64,000 nucleotides of DNA from Eledone cirrhosa. Taxonomy: Eukaryota. The translations under genes and the position numbers were made by a program. A model generated the notes under the pieces. The model did no database searches. It was not told the origin of the DNA and saw only the letters and a list, made by a program, of their open reading frames with translations. Of this stretch, positions 1-15,000 are shown piece by piece (positions within the stretch are counted from its first letter, which is position 1; the number at the start of each line of letters is the position of its first letter). The stretch lies in NCBI GenBank assembly GCA_964016885.1, contig OZ024744.1, positions 9,424,001 through 9,488,000 on the forward strand, written 5' to 3'.

Positions 1-3000
1 TTGTGTGTTGTATGTGGTCCTAGATGTGTGTATTACTTGCTTGTGTGTTGTATGTAGTCCTAGATGTGTGTATTACCTGCTTCTTTGTTGTATGTGGTCC
101 TAGATGTATGTATTACCTACTGCTGTGTTGTATATGGTCCTAGATGTGTGTATTACCTGCTTGTGTGTTGTATTTGGTCCTAGATGTATGTATTACCTGG
201 TTGTGTGTTCTATGTAGTCCTAGATGTATGTATTACCTGGTTATGTGTTGTATGTGGTCCTAGATGTATGTATTACCTGTTTCTGTGTTGTACGTGGTCC
301 TAGATGCATGTATTACCTGGTTATGTGTTGTATGTGGTGCTAGATGTATGTATTACCTGCTTGTGTGTTGTATGTGGCCCTATATGTGTGTATTACCTGC
401 TTGTGTGTTGGATATGGTCCTAGATGTATGTATTACCTGGTTATGTGTTGTATGTAATCCTAGATGTATGTACTACCTGGTTATGTGTTGTATGTGGTCC
501 TAGATGTATGTATTACCTGCTTGTGTGTTGTATGTGGTCCTAGATGTATGTATTACCTGGTTGTGTGTTCTATGTAGTCCTAGATGTATGTATTACCTGG
601 TTATGTGTTGTATGTAGTCCTAGATGTGTGTATTACGTGGTTATGTGGTGTATGTAGTCCTAGATGTATGTATTACCTGCTTGTGTGTCGTATATGGTCC
701 TAGATGTATGTATTACTTGGTTATGTGTTGTATGTGGTCCTAGATGTTGTTATAACCTGCCTGTTGTTGTATGTGGTCCTAGAAGTGTGTATTACCTGCC
801 TGTGTGTTGTATGTAGTCCTAGATGTATGTATTACCTGGTTATGTGTTGTATGTGGTCCTAGATGTATGTATTACCAGCCTGTGTGTTGTATGTGGTCCT
901 AGATGTATGTATTACCTGGTTATGTGTTGTATGTGGTCCTAGATGTGTTATTACCTGCTTGTAAGTTTCATGTGGTCCTAGATGTGTGTATTACTTGCTT
1001 GTGTGTTCTATGTAGTCCTAGATGTATGTATTACCTGCTGGTGTGTTGTATGTGGTCCTGGATGTATGTATTACCTGCTTGTGTGTTGTATGTGGTTCTA
1101 GAAGTATGTATTACCTGGTTATGTGTTGTATGTGGTCCTAGATGTATGTATTACCTGGTTATGTGTTGTATGTAGTCCTAGATGTATGTACTACCTGGTT
1201 ATGTGTTGTATGTGGTCCTAGATGTATGTATTACCTGGTTGTGTGTTCTATGTAGTCCTAGATGTATGTATTACCTGGTTATGTGTTGTATGTAGTCCTA
1301 GATGTGTGTATTACCTTGTTATGTGGTGTATGTAGTCCTAGATGTATGTATTACCTGCTTGTGTGTTGTATGTGGTCCTAGATGTATGTATTACTTGGTT
1401 ATGTGTTGTATGTGGTCCTAGATGTTGTTATAACCTGTCTGTTGTTGTATGTGGTCCTAGATGTGTTATTACCTGCTTGTATGTTATATGTGGTCCTAGA
1501 TGTGTGTATTACTTGCTTGTGTGTTCTATGTAGTTCTAGATGTATGTATTACTTGGTTATGTGTTGTATGTAGTCATAGATGTATGTATTACTTGGTTAT
1601 GTGTTGTATGTGGTCCTAGATGTGTGTATTACCTGCTTGTGTGTCCTAGATTATGTATTACCTGCTTGTGTGTTGTATGTGTTCCTATATGTGTGTATTA
1701 CCTGCTTGTGTGTTGTATGTAGTCCTAGATGTATGTATTACCTGCTTGTGTGTTGTATGTGGTCCTAGATGTATGTATTACCTGCTTGTGTGTTGTATGT
1801 AGTCATTGACGTATGTATTACCTGCTTGTGTGTTGTATGTAGTCCTAGATGTGTGTATTACCTGCTTGTGTGTTGTATGTGGCCCTAGATGTGTGTATTA
1901 CCTGCTTGTGTGTTGTATGTGGCCGTAGATGTGTGTATTACCTGGTTATGTGTTGTATGTAGTCCTAGATGTGTGTATTACCTGCTTGTATGTTGTATAT
2001 AGTCCTAGATGTATGTATTACCTGCTTGTGTGTTGTATGTAGTCCTAGATGTGTGTATTACCTGCTTCTGTGTTGTATGTGGCCTTAGATGTGTGTATTA
2101 CCTGCTTGTGTGTTGTATGTGGTCCTAGATGTGTGTATTCCCTGCTTGTGTGTTGTATGTGGTCCTAGATGTATGTATTATTTGCTTATGTGTTGTATGT
2201 GGTCCAAGATGTATGTATTACCTGGTTATGTGTTGTATGTGGTCCTAGATGTGTGTATTACCTGGTTGTGTGTTGTATGTGGTCCTAGATGTATGTATTA
2301 CCTGCTTGTGTGTTGTATGTGGTCCTAGATGTATGTGCTACCTGGTTATGTGTTGTATGTGGTCCTAGATGTATGTATTACCTGCTTGTGTGTTCTATGT
2401 GGTCCTAGATGTAGGTATTACCTGGTTATGTGTTGTATGTGGTCCTAGATGTGTGTATTACCTGTCTGAGTGTTGTATGTGGTCCTAGATGTATGTATTA
2501 CCTGGTTGTGTGTTCTATGTGGTCCTAGATGTATGTATTACCTGCTTGTGTGTTGTATGTAGTCCTAGATGTATGTATTACCTGGTTATGTGTTGTATGT
2601 GGTCCTAGATGTATGTATTACCTGCTTGTGTGTTGTATGTGGTCCTAGATGTATGTATTACCTGGTTATGTGTTGTATGTGGTCCTAGATGTATGTATTA
2701 CCTGGTTATGTGTTGTATCTGGTCCTAGATGTATGTATTACCTGTGTCTGTGTTGTATGTGGTCCTAGATGTATGTGCTACCTGGTTATGTGTTGTATGT
2801 GGTCCTAGATGTATGTGCTAGCTGGTTATGTGTTGTATGTGGTCCTAGATGTATATATTACCTGTTTTTGTGTTGTATGTGGTCCTAGATGTATGTATTA
2901 CCTGTTTGTGTGTTGTATGTGGTCCTAGATGTGTGTATTACCTGATTATGTGTTGTATGTGGTCCTACATGTATGTATTACCTGCTTGAGTGTTGTATGT

Positions 3001-6000
3001 GGTCCTAGATGTATGTATTACGTGGTTATGTGTTGTATGTGGTCCTAGATGTATGTATTACCTGCTTGTGTGTTGTATGTGGTCCTAGATGTATGTATTA
3101 CCTGCCTGTGTTTTGTATGTGGTCCTAGATGTATGTATTACCTGGTTATGTGTTGTATGTGGTCCTAGATGTGTTATTACCTGCTTGTATGTCTTATGTG
3201 GTCCTAGATGTGTGTATTACTTGCTTGTGTGTTCTATGTATTCCTAGATGTGTGTATTACCTGGATATGTGGTGTATGTAGTCATAGATGTATGTATTAC
3301 CTGCTTGTGTGTTGTATGTGGTCCTAGATGTATGTATTACTTGGTTATGTGTTGTATGTGGTCCTAGATGTTGTTGTAACCTGTCTGTTGTTGTATGTGG
3401 TCCTAGATGTGTGTATTACCTGCTTGTGTGTTGTATGTGGTCCTAGATGTATGTATTACCTGGTTATGTGTTGTATGTGGTCCTAGATGTGTTATTACCT
3501 GCTTGTATGTTATATGTGGTCCTAGATGTGTGTATTACTTGCTTGTGTGTTCTATGTAGTCCTAGATGTATGTATTACCTGCTTATGTGTTGTATGTAGT
3601 CATAGATGTATGTATTACTTGGTTATGTGTTGTATGTGGTCCTAGATGTGTGTATTACCTGCTTGTGTGTCCTAGATGTATGTATTACCTGCTTGTGTGT
3701 TGTATGTGTTCCTATATGTGTGTATTACCTGCTTGTGTGTTGTATGTAGTGCTAGATGTATGTATTACCTGCCTGTGTGTTGTATGTGGTCCTAGATGTA
3801 TGTATTACCTGCTTGTGTGTTGTATGTAGTCCTTGATGTATGTATTACCTGCTTGTGTGTTGTATGTAGTTCTAGATGTGTGTATTACCTCCTTGTGTGT
3901 TGTATGTGGCCCTAGATGTGTGTATTACCTGCTTGTGTGTTGTATGTGGCCCTAGATGTGTGTATTACCTGGTTATGTGTTGTATGTAGTCCTAGATGTG
4001 TGTATTACCGGCTTGTATGTTGTATATAGTCCTAGATGTATGTATTACCTGCTTGTGTCTTGTATGTGGTCGAAGATGTATGTATTACCTGCCAGTGTGT
4101 TGTATGCGGTCCTAGATGTATGTATTACCTACTAGTGTGTTGTATGTGGTCCTAGATGTGTGTATTACCTGCTTGTGTGTTGTATGTGGTCCTAGATGTA
4201 TGTATTATATGGTTATGTGTTGTATGTGGTCCTAGATGTATCTATTACCTGGTTATGTGTTGTATGTTGTCCTGGATGTATGTATTACCTGCCTGTGTGT
4301 TGTATGTGTTTCTAGATGTATGTATTACCTGGTTATGTGTTGTATGTGGTCCTAGATGTATGTATTACCTGCTTGTGTGTTGTATTTGGTCCTAGATGTA
4401 TGTATTATCTGCTTGTGTGTTGTATGTGGTCCTAGATGTATGTATTACCTGCTTGTGTGTTGTATGTAGTCCTAGATCTATGTATTACCTGTCTGTGTGT
4501 TGTATGTAGTCCTAGATGAATGTATTACCTGCCTGTGTGTTGTATGTAGTCCTGGATGTATGTATTACCTGCCTGTGTGTTGTATGTCGTCCTAGACGTA
4601 TGTATTACCTGCCTGTGTGTTGTATGTGGTCCTAGATCTATGTATTACCTGCCTGTGTGTTGTATGTGGTCCTAGATGTATGTATTACCTGCTTGTGTGT
4701 TGTATGTAGTCCTAGATGTATGTATTCCCTGCTTGTGTGTTGTATGTAGTCCTAGATGTATGTATTCCCTGCTTGTGTGTTGTATGTAGTCCTAGATGTA
4801 TGTATTACCTGCTTGCCTTGTGTGTTGTATGTAGTCCTAGATGTATGTATTACCTGCTTGTGTGTTGTATGTAGTCTTAGGTGTATTTATTACGTGCTTG
4901 TGTGTTGTATGTAGTCCTAGATGTATGTATTACCTGCCTGCATTGTGTGTTGTATGTAGTCCTAGATCTATGTATTACCTGCCTGTGTGTTGTATGTGGT
5001 CCTAGATGTATGTATTACCTGCTTGTGTGTTGTATGTAGTCCTAGATGTATGTATTCCCTGCTTGTGTGTTGTATGTGGTCCTAGATGTGTGTATTACCT
5101 GCCTGTGTGTTGTATGTGGTCCTAGATGTATGTATTACCTGCTTGTGTGTTGTATGTAGTCCTAGATGTATGTATTACCTGCTTGCCTTGTGTGTTGTAT
5201 GTAGTCTTAGGTGTATTTATTACGTGCTTGTGTGTTGTATGTGGTCCTAGATGTGTGTATTACCTGCTTGTGTGTTGTATGTAGTCCTAGACGTGTGTAT
5301 TACCTGGTTATGTGTTGTATATTGTCATAGATGTGTGTATTACCTGCTTGTGTGTTGTATGTGGTCCTAGATGTGTGTATTACTTGCTTGTGTGTTGTAT
5401 GTAGTCCTAGATGTATATACTACCTGGTTATGTGTTGTATGTAGTCCTAGATGTGTGTATTACCTGCTTCTTTGTTGTATGTGGTCCTAGATGTATGTAT
5501 TACCTACTGCTGTGTTGTATATGATCCGAGATATGTGTATTACCTGCTTGTGTGTTGTATGTGGTCCTAGATGTATGTATTACCTGGCTGTGTGTTCTAT
5601 GTAGTCCTAGATGTATGTATTACCTGGTTATGTGTTGTATGTGGTCCTAGATGTATGTATTACCTGTTTCTGTGTTGTACGTGGTCCTAGATGCATGTAT
5701 TACCTGGTTATGTGTTGTATGTGGTGCTAGATGTATGTATTACCTGCTTGTGTGTTGTATGTGGCCCTATATGTGTGTATTACCTGCTTGTGTGTTGTAT
5801 GTGGTCCTAGATGTATGTATTACCTGGTTATGTGTTGTATGTAATCCTAGATGTATGTACTATCTGGTTATGTGTTGTATGTGGTCCTAGATGTATGTAT
5901 TACCTGCTTGTGTGATGTATGTGGTCCTAGATGTATGTATTACCTGGTTGTGTGTTCTATGTAGTCCTAGATGTATGTATTACCTGGTTATGTGTTGTAT

Positions 6001-9000
6001 GTAGTCCTAGATGTGTGTATTACGTGGTTATGTGGTGTATGTAGTGCTAGATGTATGTATTACCTGCTTGTGTGTCGTATGTGGTCCTAGATGTATGTAT
6101 TTCCTGCTGGTGTGTTGTATGTGGTCCTAGATGTTGTTATAACCTGCCTGTTGTTGTATGTGGTCCTAGAAGTGTGTATTACCTGCCTGTGTGTTGTATG
6201 TAGTCCTAGATGTATGTATTACCTGGTTATGTGTTGTATGTGGTCCTAGATGTATGTATTACCAGCCTGTGTGTTGTATGTGGTCCTAGATGTAGTATTA
6301 CCTTGTTATGTGTTGTATGTGGTCCTAGATGTGTTATTACCTGCTTGTATGTTTCATGTGGTCCTAGATGTGTGTATTACTTGCTTGTGTGTTCTATGTA
6401 GTCCTAGATGTATGTATTACCTGCTGGTGTGTTGTATGTGGTCCTGGATGTATGTATTACCTGGTTATGTGTTGTATGTAGTCATAGATGTATGTACTAC
6501 CTGGTTATGTGTTGTATGTGGTCCTAGATGTATGCATTACCTGCTATGTGTTGTATGTGGTCCTAGATGTATGTATTACCTGGTTGTGTGTTCTATGTAG
6601 TCCTAGATGTATGTATTACCTGGTTATGTGTTGTATGTAGTCCTAGATGTGTGTATTACCTGGTTATGTGGTGTATGTAGTCCTAGATGTATGTATTACC
6701 TGCTTGTGTGTTGTATGTGGTCCTAGATGTATGTATTACTTGGTTATGTGTTGTATGTGGTCCTAGATGTTGTTATAACCTGTCTGTTGTTGTATGTGGT
6801 CCTAGATGTGTGTATTACCTGCTTGTGTGTTGTATGTGGTCCTAGATGTATGTATTACCTGGTCATGTGTTGTATGTGGTCCTAGATGTGTTATTACCTG
6901 CTTGTATGTTATATGTGGTCCTAGATGTGTGTATTACTTGCTTGTGTGTTCTATGTAGTCCTAGATGTATGTATTACTTGGTTATGTGTTGTATGTAGTC
7001 ATAGATGTATGTATTACTTGGTTATGTGTTGTATGTGGTCCTAGATGTGTGTATTACCTGTCTGTGTGTTGTATGTGGTCCTAGATGTATGTATTACCTG
7101 GTTGTGTGTTCTATGTGGTCCTAGATGTATGTATTACCTGCTTGTGTGTTGTATGTAGTCCTAGATGTATGTATTACCTGGTTATGTGTTGTATGTGGTC
7201 CTAGACGTATGTATTACCTGCTTGTGTGTTGTATGTGGTCCTAGATGTATGTATTACCTGGTTATGTGTTGTATGTGGTCCTAGATGTATGTATTACCTG
7301 GTTATGTGTTGTATCTGGTCCTAGATGTATGTATTACCTGTGTCTGTGTTGTATGTGGTCCTAGATGTATGTGCTACCTGGTTATGTGTTGTATGTGGTC
7401 CTAGATGTATGTGCTAGCTGGTTATGTGTTGTATGTGGTCCTAGATGTATATATTACCTGTTTTTGTGTTGTATGTGGTCCTAGATGTATGTATTACCTG
7501 CTTGTGTGTTGTATGTGGTCCTAGATGTGTGTATTACCTGATTATGTGTTGTATGTGGTCCTAGATGTATGTATTACCTGCTTGAGTGTTGTATGTGGTC
7601 CTAGATGTATGTATTACGTGGTTATGTGTTGTATGTGGTCCTAGATGTATGTATTACCTGCTTGTGTGTTGTATGTGGTCCTAGATGTATGTATTACCTG
7701 CCTGTGTTTTGTATGTGGTCCTAGATGTATGTATTACCTGGTTATGTGTTGTCTGTGGTCTTAGATGTGTTATTACCTGCTTGTATGTCTTATGTGGTCC
7801 TAGATGTGTGTATTACTTGCTTGTGTGTTCTATGTAGTCCTAGATGTGTGTATTACCTGGTTATGTGGTGTATGTATTCATAGATGTATGTATTACCTGC
7901 TTGTGTGTTGTATGTGGTCCTAGATGTATGTATTACTTGGTTATGTGTTGTATGTGGTCCTAGATGTTGTAACCTGTCTGTTGTTGTATCTGGTCCTAGA
8001 TGTGTGTATTACCTGGTTGTGTGTTGTATGTGGTCCTAGATGTATGTATTACCTGGTTATGTGTTGTATGTGGTCCTAGATGTGTTATTACCTGCTTGTA
8101 TGTTATATGTGGTCCTAGATGTGTGTATTACTTGCTTGTGTGTTCTATGTAGTCCTAGATGTATGTATTACCTGGTTATGTGTTGTATGTAGTCATAGAT
8201 GTATGTATTACTTGGTTATGTGTTGTATGTGGTCCTAGATGTGTGTATTACCTGCTTGTGTGTCCTAGATTATGTATTACCTGCTTGTGTGTTGTATGTG
8301 TTCCTATATGTGTGTATTACCTGCTTGTGTGTTGTATGTAGTCCTAGATGTATGTATTACCTGCTTGTGTGTTGTATGTGGTCCTAGATGTATGTATTAC
8401 CTGCTTGTGTGTTGTATGTAGTCCTTGATGTATGTATTACCTGCTTGTGTGTTGTATGTAGTCCTAGATGTGTGTATTATCTGCTTGTGTGTTGTATGTG
8501 GCCCTAGATGTGTGTATTACCTGCTTGTGTGTTGTATGTGGTCCTAGATGTGTGTATTACCTGGTTATGTGTTGTATGTAGTCCTAGATGTGTGTATTAC
8601 CTGCTTGTATGTTGTATATAGTCCTAGATGTATGTATTACCTGCTTGTGTGTTGTATGTAGTCCTAGATGTGTGTATTACCTGCTTGTGTGTTGTATGTG
8701 GTCCTAGATGTGTGTATTCCCTGCTTGTGTGTTGTATGTGGTCCTAGATGTATGTATTACCTGCTTATGTGTTGTATGTGGTCCAAGATGAATGTATTAC
8801 CTGCCTGTGTGTTGTATGTGGTCCTAGATGTATGTATTACCTACTGGTGTGTTGTATGTGGTCCTAAATGTGTGTATTACCTGCTTGTGTGTTGTATGTG
8901 GTCCTAGATGTATGTATTACCTGGTTATGTGTTGTATGTAGTCCTAGATGTATGTATTACCTGGTTATGTGTTGTATGTGGTCCTAGATGTGTGTATTAC

Positions 9001-12000
9001 CTGGTTGTGTGTTGTATGTGGTCCTAGATGTATGTATTACCTGCTTGTGTGTTGTATGTGGTCCTAGATGTATGTGCTACCTGGTTATGTGTTGTATGTG
9101 GTCCTAGATGTATATATTACCTGCTTGTGTGTTCTATGTGTTCCTGGATGTATGTATTACCTGGTTATATGTTGTATGTGGTCCTAGATGTGTGTATTAC
9201 CTGTCTGTGTGTTGTATGTGGTCCTAGATGTATGTATTACCTGGTTGTGTGTTCTATGTGGTCCTAGATGTATGTATTACCTGCTTGTGTGTTGTATGTA
9301 GTCCTAGATGTATGTATTACCTTGTTATGTGTTGTATGTGGTCCTAGATGTATGTATTACCTGCTTGTGTGTTGTATGTGGTCCTAGATGTATGTATTAC
9401 CTGGTTATGTGTTGCATGTGGTCCAAGATGTATGTATTACCTGGTTATGTGTTGTATCTGGTCCTAGATGTATGTATTACCTGTGTCTGTGTTGTATGTG
9501 GTCCTAGATGTATGTGCTAGCTGGTTATGTGTTGTATGTGGTCCTAGATGTATATATTACCTGTTTTTGTGTTGTATGTGGTCCTAGATGTGGGTATTAC
9601 CTGATTATGTGTTGTATGTGGTCCTAGATGTATGTATTACCTGCTTGTGTGTTGTATGTGTTCCTATATGTGTGTATTACCTGCTTGTGTGTTGTATGTT
9701 GTCCTAGATGTATGTATTACCTGCTTGTGTGTTGTATGTGGTCCTAGATGTATGTATTACCTGCTAGGTGTGTTGTATGTAGTCCTTGATGTATGTATTA
9801 CCTGCTTTTGTGTTGTATATAGTCCTAGATGTGTGTATTACCTGCTTCTGTGTTGTATGTGGCCCTAGATGTGTGTATTACCTGCTTGTGTGTTGTATGT
9901 GGCCCTAGATGTGTGTATTACCTGGTTATGTGTTGTATGTAGTCCTAGATGTGTGTATTACCTGCTTGTATGTTGTATATAGTCCTAGATGTATGTATTA
10001 CCTGCTTGTGTGTTGTATGTAGTCCTAGATGTGTGTATTACCTGCTTCTGTGTTGTATGTGGCCTTAGATGTGTGTATTACCTGCTTGCGTGTTGTATGT
10101 GGTCCTAGATGTGTGTATTCCCTGCTTGTGTGTTGTATGTGGTCCTAGATGTATGTATTACCTGCTTATGTGTTGTATGTGGTCCAAGATGTATGTATTA
10201 CCTGCCTGTGTGTTGTATGTGGTCCTAGATGTATGTATTACCTACTGGTGTGTTGTATGTGGTCCTAGATGTGTGTATTACCTGCTTGTGTGTTGTATGT
10301 AGTCCTAGATGTATGTATTACCTGGTTATGTGTTGTATGTGGTCCTAGATGTGTGTATTACCTGGTTATGTGTTGTATGTGGTCCTAGATGTATGTATTA
10401 CCTGCTTGTGTGTTGTATGTGGTCCTAGATGTATGTGCTACCTGGTTATGTGTTGTATGTGGTCCTAGATGTATGTATTACCTGCTTGTGTGTTCTATGT
10501 GGTCCTGGATATATGTATTACCTGGTTATGTGTTGTATGTGGTCCTAGATGTATGTATTACCTGCTTGTGTGTTGTATGTGGTCCTAGATGTATGTATTA
10601 CCTGGTTATGTGTTGTATGTGGTCCTAGATATATGTATTACCTGGTTATGTGTTGTATCTGGTCCTAGATGTATGTATTACCTGTGTCTGTGTTGTATGT
10701 AGTCCTAGATGTATGTGCTACCTGGTTATGTGTTGTATGTGGTCCTAGATGTATGTGCTAGCTGGTTATGTGTTGTATGTGGTCCTAGATGTATATATTA
10801 CCTGTTTTTGTGTTGTGTGTGGTCCTAGATGTATGTATTACCTGCTTGTGTGTTGTATGTGGTCCTAGATGTGTGTATTACCTGATTATGTGTTGTATGT
10901 GGTCCTAGATGTATGTATTACCTGCTTGAGTGTTGTATGTAGTCCTAGATGTATGTATTACCTGGTTATGTGTTGTATGTGGTCCTAGATGTATGTATTA
11001 CCTGGTTATGTGTTGTATGTGGTCCTAGATGTGTTATTACCTGCTTGTATGTCTTATGTAGTCCTAGATGTGTGTATTACCTGCTTCTATGTTGTATATA
11101 GTCCTAGATGTATGTATTACCTGCTTGTGTGTTGTATGTAGTCCTAGATGTGTGTATTACCTGCTTCTGTGTTGTATGTGGCCTTAGATGTGTGTATTAC
11201 CTGCTTGTGTGCTGTATGTGGTCCTAGATGTGTGTATTCCCTGCTTGTGTGTTGTATGTGGTTCTAGATGTATGTATTACCTGGTTATGTGTTGTATGTG
11301 GTCCTAGATGTATGTATTACCTGGTTATGTGTTGTATGTAGTCCTAGATGTATGTACTACCTGGTTATGTGTTGTATGTGGTCCTAGATGTATGTATTAC
11401 CTGCTTGTGTGTTGTATGTGGTCCTAGATGTATGTATTACCTGGTTGTGTGTTCTATGTAGTCCTAGATGTATGTATTACCTGGTTATGTGTTGTATGTA
11501 GTCCTAGATGTGTGTATTACCTGGTTATGTGGTGTATGTAGTCCTAGATGTATGTATTACCTGCTTGTGTGTTGTATGTGGTCCTAGATGTATGTATTAC
11601 TTGGTTATGTGTTGTATGTGGTCCTAGATGTTGTTATAACCTGTCTGTTGTTGTAGGTGATCCTAGATGTGTTTTTACCTGCTTGTATGTTATATGTGGT
11701 CCTAGATGTGTGTATTACTTGCTTGTGTGTTCTATGTAGTCCTAGATGTATGTATTACCTGGTTATGTGTTGTATGTAGTCATAGATGTATGTATTACTT
11801 GGTTATGTGTTGTATGTGGTCCTAGATGTGTGTATTACCTGCTTGTGTGTCCTAGATTATGTATTACCTGCTTGTGTGTTGTATGTGTTCCTATATGTGT
11901 GTATTACCTGCTTCTGTGTTGTATGTAGTCCTAGATGTATGTATTACCTGCTTGTGTGTTGTATGTGGTCCTAGATGTATGTATTACCTGCTTGTGTGTT

Positions 12001-15000
12001 GTATGTAGTCCTTGATGTATGTATTACCTGCTTGTGTGTTGTATGTAGTCCTAGATGTGTGTATTACCTGCTTGTGTGTTGTATGTGGCCCTAGATGTGT
12101 GTATTACCTGCTTGTGTGTTTATGTGGCCCTAGATGTGTGTATTACCTGGTTATGTGTTGTATGTAGTCCTAGATGTGTGTATTACCTGCTTCTATGTTG
12201 TATATAGTCCTAGATGTATGTATTACCTGCTTGTGTGTTGTATGTAGTCCTAGATGTGTGTATTACCTGCTTCTGTGTTGTATGTGGCGTTAGATGTGTG
12301 TATTACCTGCTTGTGTGCTGTATGTGGTCCTAGATGTGTGTATTCCCTGCTTGTGTGTTGTATGTGGTCCTAGATGTATGTATTAACTGCTTATGTGTTG
12401 TATGTGGTCCAAGATGTATGTATTACCTGCCTGTGTGTTGTATGTGGTCCTAGATGTATGTATTACCTACTGGTGTGTTGTATGTGGTCTTAGATGTGTG
12501 TATTACCTGCTTGTGTGTTGTATGTGGTCCTAGATGTATGTATTACCTGGTTATGTGTTGTATGTATTCCTAGATGTATGTATTACCCGGTTATGTGTTG
12601 TATGTGGTCCTAGATGTGTGTATTACCTGGTTGTGTGTTGTATATGGTCCTAGATGTATGTATTACCTGCTTGTGTGTTGTATGTGGTCCTAGATGTATG
12701 TGCTACCTGGTTATGTGTTGTATGTGGTCCTAGATGTATGTATTACCTGCTTGTGTGTTGTATGTGGTCCTAGATGTATGTATTACCTGGTTGTGTGTTC
12801 TATGTGGTCCTAGATGTATGTATTACCTGCTTGTGTGTTGTATGTAGTCCTAGATGTATGTATTACCTGGTTATGTGTTGTATGTGGTCCTAGATGTATG
12901 TATTACCTGCTTGTGTGTTGTATGTGGTCCTAGATGTATGTATTACCTGGTTATGTGTTGTATGTGGTCCTAGATGTATGTATTACCTGGTTATGTGTTG
13001 TATCTGGTCCTTGATATATGTATTACCTGGTTATGTGTTGTATCTGGTCCTAGATATATGTATTACCTGTCTCTGTGTTGTATGTGGTCCTAGATGTATG
13101 TGCTACCTGGTTATGTGTTGTATGTGGTCCTAGATGTATGGGCTAGCTGGTTATGTGTTGTATGTGGTCCTAGATGTATATATTACCTGTTTTTGTGTTG
13201 TATGTGGTCCTAGATGTATGTATTACCTGCTTGTGTGTTGTATGTGGTCCTAGATGTGTGTATTACCTGATTATGTGTTGTATGTGGTCCTAGATGTATG
13301 TATTACCTGCTTGTGTGTTGTATGTGGTCCTAGATGTATGTATTACCTGGTTATGTGTTGTATGTGGTCCTAGATGTATGTTTTACCTGCTTGTGTGTTG
13401 TATGTGGTCCTAGATGTATGTATTACCAGCCTGTGTGTTGTATGTGGTCCTAGATGAATGTATTACCTGGTTATGTGTTGTATGTGGTCCTAGATGTATG
13501 TATTACTTGCCTGTGTGTTGTATGTAGTCCTAGATGTATGTATTACCTGCCTGTGTGTTGTATGTGGTCCTAGATGTATGTATTACCTGATTATGTGTTG
13601 TATGTAGTCCTAGATGTATGTATTACCTGGTTATGTGTTGTATGTGGTCCTAGATGTGTGTATTACCTGCCTGTGTGTTGTATGTGGTCCTAGATGTGTG
13701 TATTACCTGCTTGTGTGTTGTATATGGTCCTGGATGTATGTATTACCTGCTTGTGTGATGTATGTGGTCCTAGATGTGTGTATTACCTGGTTATGTGTTG
13801 TATGTGGTGCTAGATGTATGTATTACCTGCTTGTGTGTTGTATGTGGCCCTATATGTGTGTATTACCTGCTTGTGTGTTGTATGTGGTCCTAGATGTATG
13901 TATTACCTGGTTATGTGTTGTATGTAATCCTAGATGTATGTACAACCTGGTTATGTGTTGTATGTGGTCCTAGATGTATGTATTACCTGCTTGTCTGTTG
14001 TATGTGGTCCTAGATGTATGTATTACCTGGTTGTGTGTTCTATGTAGTCCTAGATGTATGTATTACCTGGTTATGTGTTGTATGTAGTCCTAGATGTGTG
14101 TATTACCTGGTTATGTAGTGTATGTAGTCCTAGATGTATGTATTACCTGCTTGTGTGTTGTATGTGGTCCTAGATGTATGTATTACCTGGTTATGTGTTG
14201 TATGTGGTCCTAGATGTATGTATTACCTGCTTGTGTGTTGTATGTGGTCCTAGATGTATGTATTACCTGCCTGTGTCTTGTATGTGGTCCTAGATGTATG
14301 TATTACTTGGTTATGTGTTGTATGTGGTCCTAGATGTTGTTATAACCTGCCTGTTGTTGTATGTGATCCTAGATGTGTGTATTACCAGCCTGTGTGTTGT
14401 ATGTAGTCCTAGATGTATGTATTACCTGGTTATGTGTTGTATGTGGTCCTAGATGTATGTATTACCAGCCTGTGTGTTGTATGTGGTCCTAGATGTATGT
14501 ATTACCTGGTTATGTGTTGTATGTGGTCCTAGATATGTTATTACCTGCTTGTATGTTATATTTGGTCCTAGATGTGTGTATTACTTGCTTGTGTGTTCTA
14601 TGTAGTCCTAGATGTATGTATTACCTGCCGGTGTGTTGTATGTGGTCCTGGGTGTATGTATTACCTGCTTGTGTGTTGTATGTGGTTCTAGATGTATGTA
14701 TTACCTGGTTATGTGTTGTGTGTGGTCCTAGATGTATGTATTACCTGGTTATGTGTTGTATGTAGTCCTAGATGTATGTACTACCTGGTTATGTGTTGTA
14801 TGTGGTCCTAGATGTATGTATTACCTGCTTGTGTGTTGTATGTGGTCCTAGATGTATGTATTACCTGGTTATGTGTTGTACGTAGTCCTAGATCTGTGTA
14901 TTACCTGATTATGTGGTGTATGTAGTCCTAGATGTATGTATTACCTGCTTGTGTGTTGTAAGTGGTCCTAGATGTATGTATTACTTTGTTATGTGTTGTA

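Noticed and set aside
4877-4881. TTAGG telomere-like pentamer in the TCTTAGGTG variant
   Set aside because: It occurs only as isolated single copies made by substitutions in CCTAGA and is never tandem.
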